Part shown: piece by piece, positions 1 through 10,806 of the stretch
How positions within the stretch are numbered: position 1 is the stretch's first letter
How the letters are laid out: the number at the start of each line of letters is the position of its first letter
IMG/VR virus record: IMGVR_UViG_3300045988_149625
Origin: a virus
Length of the DNA stretch: 64,000 bases
Direction: 5' to 3' (one strand)
Notes under the pieces: model-generated
Database searches by the model: none
Told to the model about the DNA's origin: nothing
What the model saw: the letters and a program-made list of their open reading frames with translations, nothing else
Program-made: the position numbers and the translations under genes

Positions 1-3
1 TCA

Positions 4-3000
4 ATGGGACTTGATGGTAGACAGCTAGTACAGGAATTAAGGGATTTAGTTCAAGGTGGTATTCAAGCTTCAAGCTCAACTTTAGCAACAGCTTTAGGTT
101 TAACTGATAAGGATATTAAGGCAGCTAAACAAAGTAGCGAAGGTTTATTTAAATTCTTAATGAAACGCCTAGAAGGTTTTAAACAATCTTCCACAGAGTA
201 TGGCAATACTTTAAGTGGTATGCTTGCACAGGTTAAGGAAGGTTATGCACTTGCACAGGCACAAGCTGTTGAACCTTTACGTGATGCTGCTAAGGGCATC
301 TTAAAAGATATAAGGGATGTTCTCTATACAAAAGATATGCAAATAAATCCTGCTTTTGTGGAAGGATTTAAGGAAGTTGGAAATTACGTTTTAAAAATTT
401 GGGAAGCTTTAAAAGAGGTAGGCAGTAGTTTTATGCCTGCTATTGAAGCAGCTTTAAATATTGCAGTTCCTTTAGTTAAGTTAATAGTAGACAATCTTAA
501 AGAGCTTACTATAATGTTCTTGACTTGGAACATTGCTAAAAAGGTAAACACTTTATTTCAGATTAAAGAAGCCACTGATAGTGTAACTAGCAGTCAGATA
601 GCACAAAATAAAGCCATTGAGGAAGCAGAAGCAAAATACAAAAAGGCACAGAACGCTGCAATGGATTATGCTAATAGTTCTGCTTTAAAGTTTAATGCGC
701 ATGTCGAAGCAAATAATCAGAGAATAAATACAAATGCTATAGCAGGGCAGGTTAAGATGCTAGGCTCTATGTCTAATGATAAGTCCTTACAACTTTGGGG
801 AGAGGAACTAACTAAGTTGGAAGGTAAGTATCAAAAGCTTGGAGCATCTGCAAATGAAGCCGCTAAGTATGCAAATCTTGTAGCAGAAATTACTATAAAA
901 GGCAGTAAAGAATCTGCAAAGGAACTTGATAGAGAAATAGAAAAACGTCTAGAAGTAGCACGTGCCGCTGAAAAAGAATATCAAGGACAAATTAAGCTTG
1001 AAGGCGAAAAGAAGAAAAACTTAGAATCTACAAACAAGCTAATGGGCAAATTTAGTGTCTTTGCTAATGTGACAGGTGGCGTTGGAGATGCTTTAATGAG
1101 CCTAGGTTTAATTTTAGGACTAACCGCAGATAAAAACGATGAATCTGCTAGACAGACCGCCGCTAATATTGAGCAATTTGGCTTTTTAATGGCAATGGCA
1201 GGAAATTTAGCATCTACACTTACAAATACCCTAGTTCCTGCGATAATGAAAGCTGTTGAATGGTTTGCAAAGCTAAAACTTGTAGCTGCAATGGGTGGTG
1301 TGGGTGCTGCCTTAGGTAAAGGTGCTTTAGTGCTTTCACCTGCTTTAATAGCCGCAGGTGCTGCAAACTACTTTAAAAAAGACGACGACCCTACCAAGAT
1401 AAAATTTGACAGTTTTGAAAGTGTTGGCGCAGGGCTTTGGCGCAATTATATTTATAACCCAAAAGCTGAAAAAGAAAAATTGGAGGCAGCTGCTAAAGCG
1501 GCTGCGGATAAAAAAGCTGCTGATGAAAAAGAAATGCAAGAGCAGGCAGAAAAGATTAGGCAACAATTAGCAGGTTTAGAGCTTAAATTCCCTAAGAGTC
1601 CTACTGGCGGTGGTACTAAAGGAAGCGCCGCCGCAGGTAGGGCAGCAGATAAGGCAGCTAGAAATCAAGCTAAAAACGCCTATAAAGTTTTAGAAACTGC
1701 TTTAAAAGCGGAAAAAGAAGCAATTAAACAACAGCAGTTACAACTTGAAAGTGCTTATAAATTTGACTTAACTTCTACACAAGATTATATGCAGACTAAG
1801 TTTAAATACGATTCTGATATAATAGAAGCAGAAATTAAGAATTATGAAAAGCGCAGGGAGATTGCAAAATCTTTAGGACAAGATTCTGACGTAGAATCAT
1901 TCACGAATAAGATAGGTGAACTTAAAGAATCTGCTATTACAAAATACATAGAATATGTAAATGATTTAAAAGATAAGTATAAAGAATTATATGATAGATT
2001 AGATGATATAAAAGGCAAGTATGAAGATATAGTTGGTGTATCAGAAGAAGCTTTTAAAACAAATTTAGTTAAAGAGTATGCAGCAGATTTTTCAAGGGTA
2101 TATGCAGAGCTTGAAACTGCGCAAAAAGGTTTAGCAAAAGCGCAAGAAGATGGTAACACAAGTGATATAAAAGCTTGGAGTACCTTGATAAGCAAAATGC
2201 AGGTTGCTAAACAGCAATTAGAGCAGATAGTATACTTACGAAAACTAGAGCGTGATGCACAAGAGTCTATCGCTCGTGCTCAGAATGTAGGATTACAAGC
2301 ACAGTCTGCAAACCTTGACTATCAGCTTTCAACAGGTGTTCATAGTGACTTTCAGAAAGAAAGTGACTTATGGATTAGAAGCCATTCTGATATGCAGTCT
2401 GTAATAGACCAGTATAGAACTGCGATTGCTAATTACACTGCTCAACTGAGTATGGCAAATAGTGAAGAGAGAAAGAGCCAAATACTACAAAATATTGTAG
2501 ACGCTAAACAAGCTATTAAAGATTTGATGGACGAAGTACATCCATTAGAATCTTTAATTAAGGATAATTTAGTTAGTGGTTTATCAGATGCTTTTCAAAG
2601 TATTTACTGGGGAGAAAAATCAGCGAAAGAAGCCTTACAAGATTTTGCAAATACTTTCTTACAGACCTTTACTAAGAAGATGTTTGATACAGCTTTTGAT
2701 GAGTTGTTTGGTAATATCTTTGACAGTATTTCTGGAAGAAATACTTTGGATACAGATGTTGTAACAAATGTTGAATCACGTGTTACAGTTGATATGACAA
2801 AGTTTCAGCAAGATGTTACAGATGCAGGACTTACTTTACAGCAGGAGCTTAATGGTCAGTTAATACCTTCTTTCCAAGCTTTAAATTCTGTTATACAGGA
2901 AATTTTGACAAAAGCAGGTGTAACAAGCGTTGGTGTTAGCGGTGCAACAGGTATCAGCGGTGTCACAGGAAGTGTCACAGGAAGTGTCACAGGAAGTGTC

Positions 3001-3753
3001 ACAGGACAGCCTAACACTGAAAGCACAACTATTGGAAGTGGCATAGCAATGCCAGACTTATCTAGCTCCGTTAAGGGTTTAGAAAGATTTGACAAAGGTG
3101 TTATTTCTGCAACAGGTGCTATCGCAGAAGATACAGCGGCTACTAAGATAAGCACTGGTGCTACTGATAATTTAAGCAGTGTTACTAAATCCACAGGAAA
3201 TAGCGCAATGCCTGCTTTAATGGCAGCCGTAACCGCTGTAAGTGGTAGTTTAGGAAAATTTGGTACTGTATTACAGACTGTAATGATGATATTGCAGATT
3301 GCGCAAGCAACCCACATTCTTGGACTTGCAGATGGTGGTGCTGTTAGTGGGGCAGGTACAGGTACTAGCGATAGTATTCCTGCTAGATTGTCTAATGGGG
3401 AGTATGTAATAAAGGCAAGTTCTGCAAAGGCTTTAGGTACAAATTTCCTTGACCGCTTAAACAGTGTTGGTGATGGAAGAACAATTCGTAGTGGTAGACT
3501 TCCACGTTTTAAATACGCAGATGGTGGCGAAGTAAGAACAGAGGATAGTCAGCTAGGAAATACAATGCCTATGCAACAGGCAAATGAATTGCCCTCAACA
3601 GTAGGCGTTACTATGAATATGACATTCCAGTCACTTGACCCAGAGGCTAATATGAAGCTGTTTAATAAGCAATATGAGAACTTTAAGAGTAAGTTAATAA
3701 ATGATATTCAGAAAAATACAAGTATGCGAACAGCAATTAGAGGTGTTACATAA
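4..3753 (+). CDS. Tail tape measure protein (5'-partial)
   Basis: 1249-aa ORF open to the window start. It is Ala/Lys/Gln-rich with coiled-coil character, has a Gly/Ser/Thr-rich C-terminal half, and sits immediately upstream of the tail-tip genes. It contains an internal GSVT tandem repeat. Confidence 0.7.
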   Translation: MGLDGRQLVQELRDLVQGGIQASSSTLATALGLTDKDIKAAKQSSEGLFKFLMKRLEGFKQSSTEYGNTLSGMLAQVKEGYALAQAQAVEPLRDAAKGILKDIRDVLYTKDMQINPAFVEGFKEVGNYVLKIWEALKEVGSSFMPAIEAALNIAVPLVKLIVDNLKELTIMFLTWNIAKKVNTLFQIKEATDSVTSSQIAQNKAIEEAEAKYKKAQNAAMDYANSSALKFNAHVEANNQRINTNAIAGQVKMLGSMSNDKSLQLWGEELTKLEGKYQKLGASANEAAKYANLVAEITIKGSKESAKELDREIEKRLEVARAAEKEYQGQIKLEGEKKKNLESTNKLMGKFSVFANVTGGVGDALMSLGLILGLTADKNDESARQTAANIEQFGFLMAMAGNLASTLTNTLVPAIMKAVEWFAKLKLVAAMGGVGAALGKGALVLSPALIAAGAANYFKKDDDPTKIKFDSFESVGAGLWRNYIYNPKAEKEKLEAAAKAAADKKAADEKEMQEQAEKIRQQLAGLELKFPKSPTGGGTKGSAAAGRAADKAARNQAKNAYKVLETALKAEKEAIKQQQLQLESAYKFDLTSTQDYMQTKFKYDSDIIEAEIKNYEKRREIAKSLGQDSDVESFTNKIGELKESAITKYIEYVNDLKDKYKELYDRLDDIKGKYEDIVGVSEEAFKTNLVKEYAADFSRVYAELETAQKGLAKAQEDGNTSDIKAWSTLISKMQVAKQQLEQIVYLRKLERDAQESIARAQNVGLQAQSANLDYQLSTGVHSDFQKESDLWIRSHSDMQSVIDQYRTAIANYTAQLSMANSEERKSQILQNIVDAKQAIKDLMDEVHPLESLIKDNLVSGLSDAFQSIYWGEKSAKEALQDFANTFLQTFTKKMFDTAFDELFGNIFDSISGRNTLDTDVVTNVESRVTVDMTKFQQDVTDAGLTLQQELNGQLIPSFQALNSVIQEILTKAGVTSVGVSGATGISGVTGSVTGSVTGSVTGQPNTESTTIGSGIAMPDLSSSVKGLERFDKGVISATGAIAEDTAATKISTGATDNLSSVTKSTGNSAMPALMAAVTAVSGSLGKFGTVLQTVMMILQIAQATHILGLADGGAVSGAGTGTSDSIPARLSNGEYVIKASSAKALGTNFLDRLNSVGDGRTIRSGRLPRFKYADGGEVRTEDSQLGNTMPMQQANELPSTVGVTMNMTFQSLDPEANMKLFNKQYENFKSKLINDIQKNTSMRTAIRGVT
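2953..3004 (+). repeat. 12-bp tandem repeat (ggtgtcacagga / ggaagtgtcaca, about 4 copies) encoding (GSVT)n inside the tape measure protein
   Basis: Direct reading of 'ggtgtcacaggaagtgtcacaggaagtgtcacaggaagtgtcacagga'. Coordinates are approximate. Confidence 0.8.
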
Positions 3754-4181
3754 TGTTAGGTTTAGATATAACTACAAATACTGATTATAAAGCTGCTGGC
3801 AATTTAGAAGTTTGGGGTATAACTGCTTTACAGTTATACTCCTACACCCTTGAATTTAATACACTTGTTGATGAAAAGTGGACAGGTAATGAACAGCGTA
3901 GGGCGCAGTGGTCAGAACCTAGAAGAACTTGGACACTCAAATTCCAAAAGACACCTGCGGGCGGCAGGAAGTTAGAGGAATTTTTTAAGCAAGTGAAAGG
4001 TAAATATAGAGCTTTTAAATTTAAGTGGGCAAGGATTTATGCAGATGATGGCACTGATAATGGCGGCGACGATAATTGGTATTATGTTAGATTTGACAGT
4101 GACTCCATGCAGTTTACCATGAATTATATGGGGTACAGAGAAGTTTCTATAAATTTAATAGAAGTAAGGAATGGTTCATAA
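3753..4181 (+). CDS. Minor tail protein (gpM-like position)
   Basis: 142-aa ORF directly after the tape measure protein, with its ATG overlapping the tape measure stop codon. Assignment is by gene order only. Confidence 0.35.
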   Translation: MLGLDITTNTDYKAAGNLEVWGITALQLYSYTLEFNTLVDEKWTGNEQRRAQWSEPRRTWTLKFQKTPAGGRKLEEFFKQVKGKYRAFKFKWARIYADDGTDNGGDDNWYYVRFDSDSMQFTMNYMGYREVSINLIEVRNGS

Positions 4182-4798
4182 TGACAGTAGGTATTAAACA
4201 AGACATTGCTCAATACTTAGCACAAAGCGAGATTGAAACGCGCCTATTAGTAGTTATTGAGTATGATAAAGATAACATATATAGATTTATAGCAGATGAA
4301 AGTTTAGAATCTTTTGAAATTTGTGGAAATACTTACTTATCTACACAAATTGAGAGAGGTAGTAGGCAGGAGAACGCAGATAACTCTATTGATAGTGTTT
4401 CTTTGACACTCTCTAATCATTGGCAAGAATGGGCAGCGATTGTAGCGAATCATGGCAACGAATTTCTGGGAAAAAGGTGTACGCTTTATGAGTGGTTTCC
4501 AGAATATCCAGAGGATGAGCCAGTACCTATGTATAGTGGCGTTTTAGATGAAATTAAAATGTCAGCCACAAGTTTTGAAATGGAGGTTGTTAGGGTATTA
4601 GGTGACTACGACCAAGAAGCACCTTTAATGACCTACGACCCGAACTGTCAGTTTATTTATAAGGATGCTAGATGTAAGGCAAAAAATACAATTTACTATT
4701 CATGTGGTAAAACGCTGAATGACTGCATACAGCGTGGTAACGTATTAAATTTCGGTGGGTATGTCGCCGTACCGAGAGAATATTTAGTTAAACATTAA
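4181..4798 (+). CDS. Minor tail protein L-like
   Basis: 205 aa. The C-terminus carries four cysteines (CQF..C..C..C), reminiscent of the Fe-S cluster of lambda gpL. Position is second after the tape measure protein. Confidence 0.45.
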   Translation: MTVGIKQDIAQYLAQSEIETRLLVVIEYDKDNIYRFIADESLESFEICGNTYLSTQIERGSRQENADNSIDSVSLTLSNHWQEWAAIVANHGNEFLGKRCTLYEWFPEYPEDEPVPMYSGVLDEIKMSATSFEMEVVRVLGDYDQEAPLMTYDPNCQFIYKDARCKAKNTIYYSCGKTLNDCIQRGNVLNFGGYVAVPREYLVKH

Positions 4799-4814
4799 AG
4801 GGGGGGGGGGCAGG

Positions 4815-5204
4815 ATGATTCCCAGAGAAGATGTAAAAGATTACATAGGATTACCTTTTGTACAGGAAAAGGACGGATACGCTTGGGGATGTCTTGCTCC
4901 TTTTTATCAAATTCACCCAGAATTTGAGCATATTAAAGCATATAGGTATCCTGTAAGTGAGGATGCTAATATGCTAAAGCATTTTAAAAGCCATTTTAAA
5001 GAAGTTGATTTAGAAGATGCCGTTTATGGGGATGTTTTGGTTATAAAATTACCTATGAATCAATGGCATTTAGCAGTGTATTTAGGGGACGGCAAGTTAA
5101 TGCACTGTACATTACATATAGACACAGAAATTACAAGACTTGAAAATTTTTCACAAGGCAGGATAAAGGGGGTATTTAGGTGTCAGGTGCAGCAGCAGCA
5201 TTAG
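4815..5204 (+). CDS. Tail-associated NlpC/P60-like peptidase (gpK-like)
   Basis: 129 aa with a Cys (GCLAPF) and downstream His (HLAVYLGDGKLMHC), consistent with an NlpC/P60 Cys-His catalytic pair. A poly-G tract lies just upstream at 4801-4811. Confidence 0.4.
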   Translation: MIPREDVKDYIGLPFVQEKDGYAWGCLAPFYQIHPEFEHIKAYRYPVSEDANMLKHFKSHFKEVDLEDAVYGDVLVIKLPMNQWHLAVYLGDGKLMHCTLHIDTEITRLENFSQGRIKGVFRCQVQQQH

Positions 5205-8191
5205 GTTGGGTAGGTATTGGTATTGCCCTTGTCAGTATGTTTGTAAGCCTTAGACAACAAAAGAAATTGTCTAAAAAAAAGGCTTCCTATACATACGGTG
5301 AGGGCGCACTGACTACCAACGTGAGCACCACAGACCCAGTACCTATTATATATGGTACTGTAAAAACTGCGGGAAACATGATTTATTCTAGATTAAGTAA
5401 TGATAAAAAAGTGCTCTATAAATTAGTATCTGTTGCGGATGGTAAGATTAAGGGCATAAGGGATTTGCAATTTGATGATTTAGATGCAAATAGCAGTAAG
5501 TATGAGGGCGTTAGCTATAACTATTACTATGGTGATGGCGTACAAGAAATAGATAGCCGTGTAATCGGAGATACACAAGAAGATAAAGCAATGCTAGTTG
5601 GCGGTTTAAAGTATTTGGCATACATAGCTTTACAGGCAAAGGCGAATGAAAATTTAAGCAGTAGTTTTAATGTTACTTGTTTAGTAGACGGTTCTATTGT
5701 AAAGATATATGAGAACGCAAACGATTTGACGCAGTATCGAGAGGAATGGACGGATAATCCTGCATGGTGTGTTTTAGATTTTATGACACGTTATAATGGA
5801 TGCGGAATGAGCCTTGATGAAATTGATGTTCAAAGTTTTATAGACGGAGCTAAATTCTTTAAAGAAAAGAATTATACATTAAATTTAGCTTTAGATGAAC
5901 AAAGAAGCCGTTTAGAGTGGATACAGTATATGTTAAACTGTTGCCGTTCACTGCTTATATATAGAGCAGGTAAATATAGTTTATTCGTGGAAAAGGCAGA
6001 TGAGGTAGTTCAATCATATACTCCGAATGACATACACGATTTGAGTATATGGTTCAGTCCTTTATCAGAAGTCCCAGATATTTATAGAATTACTTATATT
6101 GACCCTAAAAATGAGTGGGTAAAAGTAAATGCAGAAGCTTCTTTAAGCCCAGATAGCTATTTAAGAAAACAGCCAATGGTTGAAACTTTGGAGCTAATGG
6201 GTGTAACAACTTTTGACCAAGCAAGTAGATTAGCATGGTTCTACTTAAATCAAGCACTGACTTGTCAAACCTACATTTCTTTTAAAACAGATAGACGCGC
6301 TTTAAATAGAACTGTTGGCGATGTAATAGAGGTTACAGACTATGTAACAGAGTTTCAAAAGAAAAAATTTAGAATAATAAAAATTGAAGATGAGCAAAAT
6401 GAAAGTATAAAGCTTACATGTAGAGAGTACAACGAATCTATTTATAGTGAGCAACGTGGAGCGAGTGACCCTGTAATAAATGTTACAGAACTCACTGACC
6501 CGCAACAAACGCCGCCAGAAATAGTATATGTAGGAAATGAGCAAGACTATTATATACTACCAGATAAAACGGTAGTAAGTAATATAATGTTAGATGTAAT
6601 TTATACAGATTGGACTTATAATAAGAGTTTCAATGTTTCGTACCGTAAGAAGGATTCAGATAAGTGGCTTTTTGGTGGAACATTTGATGATGGTACTTAC
6701 AGGGCTGTTATAGAGAATATGGAAATATACGAAACCTACATTTTCAGATTTCAGAATATGAGTAAGTACGGCAAATTTTCAGCATATACTTATTCCCCAG
6801 AGATTTACATTACAGGTAAAAATGTAGCTCCTAATATGCCTTCTAATTTTCACGGTGAAGAGGTGGTAGGAGGTTTTAAACTTTATTGGGACGCTGGTGA
6901 AAAGGATGTAGATTATTATTTGTTATATTTAGGTTCTGTATCAGAAGAAGCTAAAATAGCACAAGTATATGGAACATCTTATTACTATCCTGCAGATGTT
7001 GGTGAATATACTTTTTATTTAGTAGCTGTTGATACAGCAGGTAATCGTTCCACTCCTGCAAGACTACTTTTAGAAATTTTATGCCCCTCAGACGTAAACG
7101 GCTTTGACTGTGTACAGAATGAACGCAACATAGAGTTTCATTGGAATTTAGTGGAAGGAGCTTCTTACTATGTACTTAAAGAGGGTGAGAACTGGGAATA
7201 TGGTAATACCTTAGCAACAAGTTCTGGACATTTCTTTAGTTACCCATATGCACAAGCAACAAGCACTACTTTTTGGATGAAAGCGTATACTGAATATGGC
7301 GTGCCTAGTGTAAACCCTGCATACTGTCAATTAAGTGTAGCATCTATACCTAATAGGAACATGATTTTAGAATATGATGCAGTAGAAGATGGTTGGAGTG
7401 GTAAGAAATATAACATGCACGTAAATGCAGGTGGTATACAATTAGATGCAGGCAAGGTTTATGGGGACTATATATATCCTATGGAGTTAGACCAAGAGTA
7501 TTGCGCAAGAAACTGGACAGAGAAAACTATCAAGCCAGTAAACGCGGAGTTAGAGCTTATGTGGAAGGATGCTCATTTTACATGGGCGAGTGCGAACGCT
7601 AAACGAAGAACTTGGTTTCCATTAGGCATAGATGATATATACAATTCATGGACGGAAATTGCAATATATAATGAAGCAAGTAAAGAGGATATAGTCGAAA
7701 GAATGTCATTGAATGAAACACTTGTTTCAGATAGTGGTAAAAAGCCTGTAGGAAATGTTGGTACACCCACATATGGTGCAGGAAGATTTGAAAAAGGTCT
7801 TGTGTTAGATGGAAAGTGCCGTCCAAAATGGAAAAATTTGCCCATTGATGATGCTTTCTCATTCAGTTTTAATCTTTACGTGCCTTTTGACAGTGTAAAT
7901 AATTACTCGATTCTTACTTTAAGGAATGATTTAGGTGATTATTTATGGCTTCATTATAGAGAAGATGATGATATGTTTGTATGTACCTTTTCAGATGGTA
8001 GAGAGTATGAGTTAAAAGATTTTTCTGGAAAGGGCGATTATCTACATTTTATAATTTCACAAGGCGCAGGATATTTTACATTTGTTATATATGACGTAGG
8101 TTATGATTCCTATGTTATAAATAGAAAGAAAATTTCTACAATGAAGCGATACACGCAGGTAGCTTTGTACGGTGATTTCAATAGGGAATAG
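5180..8191 (+). CDS. Tail tip / host-specificity protein (gpJ-like)
   Basis: 1003 aa, the largest structural ORF after the M/L/K-like genes. It has an N-terminal hydrophobic segment and a beta-rich, FN3-like repeat composition. Confidence 0.5.
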   Translation: MSGAAAALGWVGIGIALVSMFVSLRQQKKLSKKKASYTYGEGALTTNVSTTDPVPIIYGTVKTAGNMIYSRLSNDKKVLYKLVSVADGKIKGIRDLQFDDLDANSSKYEGVSYNYYYGDGVQEIDSRVIGDTQEDKAMLVGGLKYLAYIALQAKANENLSSSFNVTCLVDGSIVKIYENANDLTQYREEWTDNPAWCVLDFMTRYNGCGMSLDEIDVQSFIDGAKFFKEKNYTLNLALDEQRSRLEWIQYMLNCCRSLLIYRAGKYSLFVEKADEVVQSYTPNDIHDLSIWFSPLSEVPDIYRITYIDPKNEWVKVNAEASLSPDSYLRKQPMVETLELMGVTTFDQASRLAWFYLNQALTCQTYISFKTDRRALNRTVGDVIEVTDYVTEFQKKKFRIIKIEDEQNESIKLTCREYNESIYSEQRGASDPVINVTELTDPQQTPPEIVYVGNEQDYYILPDKTVVSNIMLDVIYTDWTYNKSFNVSYRKKDSDKWLFGGTFDDGTYRAVIENMEIYETYIFRFQNMSKYGKFSAYTYSPEIYITGKNVAPNMPSNFHGEEVVGGFKLYWDAGEKDVDYYLLYLGSVSEEAKIAQVYGTSYYYPADVGEYTFYLVAVDTAGNRSTPARLLLEILCPSDVNGFDCVQNERNIEFHWNLVEGASYYVLKEGENWEYGNTLATSSGHFFSYPYAQATSTTFWMKAYTEYGVPSVNPAYCQLSVASIPNRNMILEYDAVEDGWSGKKYNMHVNAGGIQLDAGKVYGDYIYPMELDQEYCARNWTEKTIKPVNAELELMWKDAHFTWASANAKRRTWFPLGIDDIYNSWTEIAIYNEASKEDIVERMSLNETLVSDSGKKPVGNVGTPTYGAGRFEKGLVLDGKCRPKWKNLPIDDAFSFSFNLYVPFDSVNNYSILTLRNDLGDYLWLHYREDDDMFVCTFSDGREYELKDFSGKGDYLHFIISQGAGYFTFVIYDVGYDSYVINRKKISTMKRYTQVALYGDFNRE

Positions 8192-8202
8192 GAGAGGATT
8201 AA

Positions 8203-8649
8203 ATGAATACAGAAATGTCAGTTGTTGTTACAGGAATACTGTATGACGAGAATAATAATATTAAACAAAAGTTTGTAAAGCATAATTTGATTACAAGTGT
8301 AGGTTTTGATTTTGTAAGTAATTGCTTGGGTTCAACAACAAGACCAAAACCTATTAGTCAAATTGGTGTAGGAACTAATAATACTGCCCCCGCTCTAGGG
8401 GATACAAACTTGAAAGCACTTAAACTTAAAAAGGCTTGTACCTACACTCATACAGCAGGAACTACTTCCCTTGTATTCCAGACAGTTTTTGGTGCTGGGG
8501 AGGCAACGGGCGCTTTGGTGGAAGCGGGTATTTTTACAGGGGATGGTATTTTATTTGATAGAGTTGTATACCCAGTAATTAATAAAGAAGATGTAGATAC
8601 TTATGCAATGACTTTTGAAATTATTTTGAAGGAAGTATCAGTAGTATGA
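8203..8649 (+). CDS. Tail or baseplate structural protein
   Basis: 148-aa ORF with a 5' GGAG RBS, in the tail module. Confidence 0.3.
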   Translation: MNTEMSVVVTGILYDENNNIKQKFVKHNLITSVGFDFVSNCLGSTTRPKPISQIGVGTNNTAPALGDTNLKALKLKKACTYTHTAGTTSLVFQTVFGAGEATGALVEAGIFTGDGILFDRVVYPVINKEDVDTYAMTFEIILKEVSVV

Positions 8650-9386
8650 GTTTTACGATTAGAGAGGAAATTCGTGGCATAAAATTAAAAGAAGTCGCAT
8701 TTCCTATCAGCCATTTTAAAGGGAAACGCTTAAAAGATTTTCGAGGAACAGCTTACATTGCAGACTGGAAAGATTTACTAAGCTTCGACCTAGATGCTAC
8801 AACTGTAAATGCTTATTCTAGAAAATTTAGTACAGCATTGGGGATACAAGAGGCACATAATAAGAAAACTATAAAGCATATTAAAGAGATATTTGGAATT
8901 GGTGTATTAAAAATAAATAATGCACAACAAGTATTAAGTGATTTACGCTTCTATGATAAGGTTCTAAATGAAACAAATTTTGATGAAACATTTACACCTT
9001 TTGGTTATAGTAAGTGGAAGAAAATGATTACAGGCGATTATATATATCAAAAAGCATTATGTAAATATGTAATGCAAGCTAGTCTTAATGCAGATAGACC
9101 TAATGCAAGGGCGTATACGCATAAAGTAGATGTGCCAGACCTTTTGGCTCAAGGTACGGTAGAATTAACAGTGAGTAATCAACCACGGGAGGTACACTTT
9201 CCTAAGGATAGGACTTTCCATATTGTACCAGAAATGAATATATCTATTAAGAGTTACAGTGGCACAGGTGCAACACCTTTAGTGTTGGCTTACAATGTTA
9301 CTACAAAAGGTTTTATGGTGTCTATGAAAAACGAAGATGGCGGCTATGTTGAGGGGACAATAACTTATGCAGCCCGCGGATATTGA
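8646..9386 (+). CDS. Tail structural protein
   Basis: 246-aa ORF translationally coupled to the upstream ORF (ATGA overlap). Confidence 0.3.
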   Translation: MSFTIREEIRGIKLKEVAFPISHFKGKRLKDFRGTAYIADWKDLLSFDLDATTVNAYSRKFSTALGIQEAHNKKTIKHIKEIFGIGVLKINNAQQVLSDLRFYDKVLNETNFDETFTPFGYSKWKKMITGDYIYQKALCKYVMQASLNADRPNARAYTHKVDVPDLLAQGTVELTVSNQPREVHFPKDRTFHIVPEMNISIKSYSGTGATPLVLAYNVTTKGFMVSMKNEDGGYVEGTITYAARGY

Positions 9387-9395
9387 GGTGAGATA

Positions 9396-10001
9396 ATGCA
9401 GAGATTAAGAAGAATAGAAGAAACTGAAACACTTGCAAACTCCTTAGACCCTATAAATAAGAATTTTGAAAGTGTACAATCACAACATAGTGGTACAAGT
9501 TTCCCCCAAGATAATTTAGTTTTGGGACAACCTTGTTTTAGAACAGATACAATGAGTCTTTATATCCTATCTAATGTGGAGTATAACTTATGGATAAAGG
9601 TAGCAGATTTAACATTAACACTTGTTAATAAGGAGTATGTGGATACATTCCATATCCCTCTTAGCAGGGTGGATGATATAATAGATGCTGCTACAAATAA
9701 GATTAAAATGAGCCTTATGTATACAGGCACACAAAATGGACAATTAGTAATGGTAGGAAATAATAATAAGATAGCAACAAGCCTTATTGATACAGGGGTT
9801 AAGGCAGGACAGGTTGTGATGGTAAATGCAGATGGTAAAATACCTAATGGTATTTTAAATATAGGTTATGGTAGGGAAGAGATACCTATATTGAATGATA
9901 AAGCACTTATTCCAGATACCATTTTACCGAGTAATTTAGCGCGTTTTAATGAGAGCGGACAAATAGTATTTCCTAATGGTACGAAAATGTGGGTGAAATA
10001 G
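9396..10001 (+). CDS. Tail fibre / structural protein
   Basis: 201-aa ORF with a GAGG RBS. Confidence 0.3.
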   Translation: MQRLRRIEETETLANSLDPINKNFESVQSQHSGTSFPQDNLVLGQPCFRTDTMSLYILSNVEYNLWIKVADLTLTLVNKEYVDTFHIPLSRVDDIIDAATNKIKMSLMYTGTQNGQLVMVGNNNKIATSLIDTGVKAGQVVMVNADGKIPNGILNIGYGREEIPILNDKALIPDTILPSNLARFNESGQIVFPNGTKMWVK

Positions 10002-10002
10002 T

Positions 10003-10806
10003 ATGGGTGTAACAGAGCATGTTTTAAACATACAAAGTAGTAATAATAAAAAAGTAGTTCCTTTATATGATACACCTACTTGTAGCTATACAGGAAGGTC
10101 TTTACCAATTAAATTAGCTAATGGTTCAACTGTGTATGCACCTCTAGGTGTTACAGATGATTTGTATGGAACACAGCTTTGGGTAGAAATTGATGGAGCG
10201 TCTTATAGAGTGGTTGAGCAAAGTGTGCAAGGTATTCAAGGTGTAAACTTTGATAAGACTGTAAAAATAGAATTTAGTGGTAGCGGTGAGCGCACAGCTA
10301 AATATGATACTTTTTATTTTGTAGCACCAAGAAGAACCAAGTTTCATTATAAAAGTATGGTTAATTACGGACAAACTGGTTGGGGATACAGCTCTGATAG
10401 GTGGCAACGTAGTGATATATGGATAAACTTAGATGGAAATCTACTTGTTAAGAAAACTTTTAGACGCAGTGCAGGCATTAATTGGAAAACTCTATATGAT
10501 GGGGACATTGAATTAGATGCAGGAACACATCGAATGGAACTTTGGCTTTTGGGGCAAGGCTCTAGTAAAGATAGTCATTTAACTGTTTGTTATGCTTGGA
10601 ACAATGATTTGTTAATGTCTGGACAACAATTTGTCCAATATTCAAGTCCAGGTACGTATGACTTCACAGTTCCTAAGGGTGTGGAAAGCATTACCATCGT
10701 GACTGTTGGTGGTGGCGGTGGTGGAGCAGGGTATGGATACACCCCCCAAGAAGATAGTGGTAGCGGCCCCAGTCAAGGTGAAGGTAGTGGAGGCGAAGGA
10801 GCATGA
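10003..10806 (+). CDS. Glycine-rich tail fibre protein
   Basis: 267 aa. The C-terminus reads VTVGGGGGGAGYGY...GSGGEGA. Confidence 0.4.
   Translation: MGVTEHVLNIQSSNNKKVVPLYDTPTCSYTGRSLPIKLANGSTVYAPLGVTDDLYGTQLWVEIDGASYRVVEQSVQGIQGVNFDKTVKIEFSGSGERTAKYDTFYFVAPRRTKFHYKSMVNYGQTGWGYSSDRWQRSDIWINLDGNLLVKKTFRRSAGINWKTLYDGDIELDAGTHRMELWLLGQGSSKDSHLTVCYAWNNDLLMSGQQFVQYSSPGTYDFTVPKGVESITIVTVGGGGGGAGYGYTPQEDSGSGPSQGEGSGGEGA

Noticed and set aside
2856-3317. Minus-strand 153-aa ORF inside the tape measure gene, and the similar antisense ORFs at 1345..1566 and 1842..2195
   Set aside because: They are antisense to a long, well-supported + strand gene. They have repetitive low-complexity translations and no RBS, so they are spurious.
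4801-4811. Poly-G tract (11 G) upstream of the gpK-like gene as a phase-variation site
   Set aside because: It lies in the 16-bp intergenic spacer and overlaps the RBS. It could modulate translation by slippage, but there is no evidence for this from a single sequence. It is noted only.
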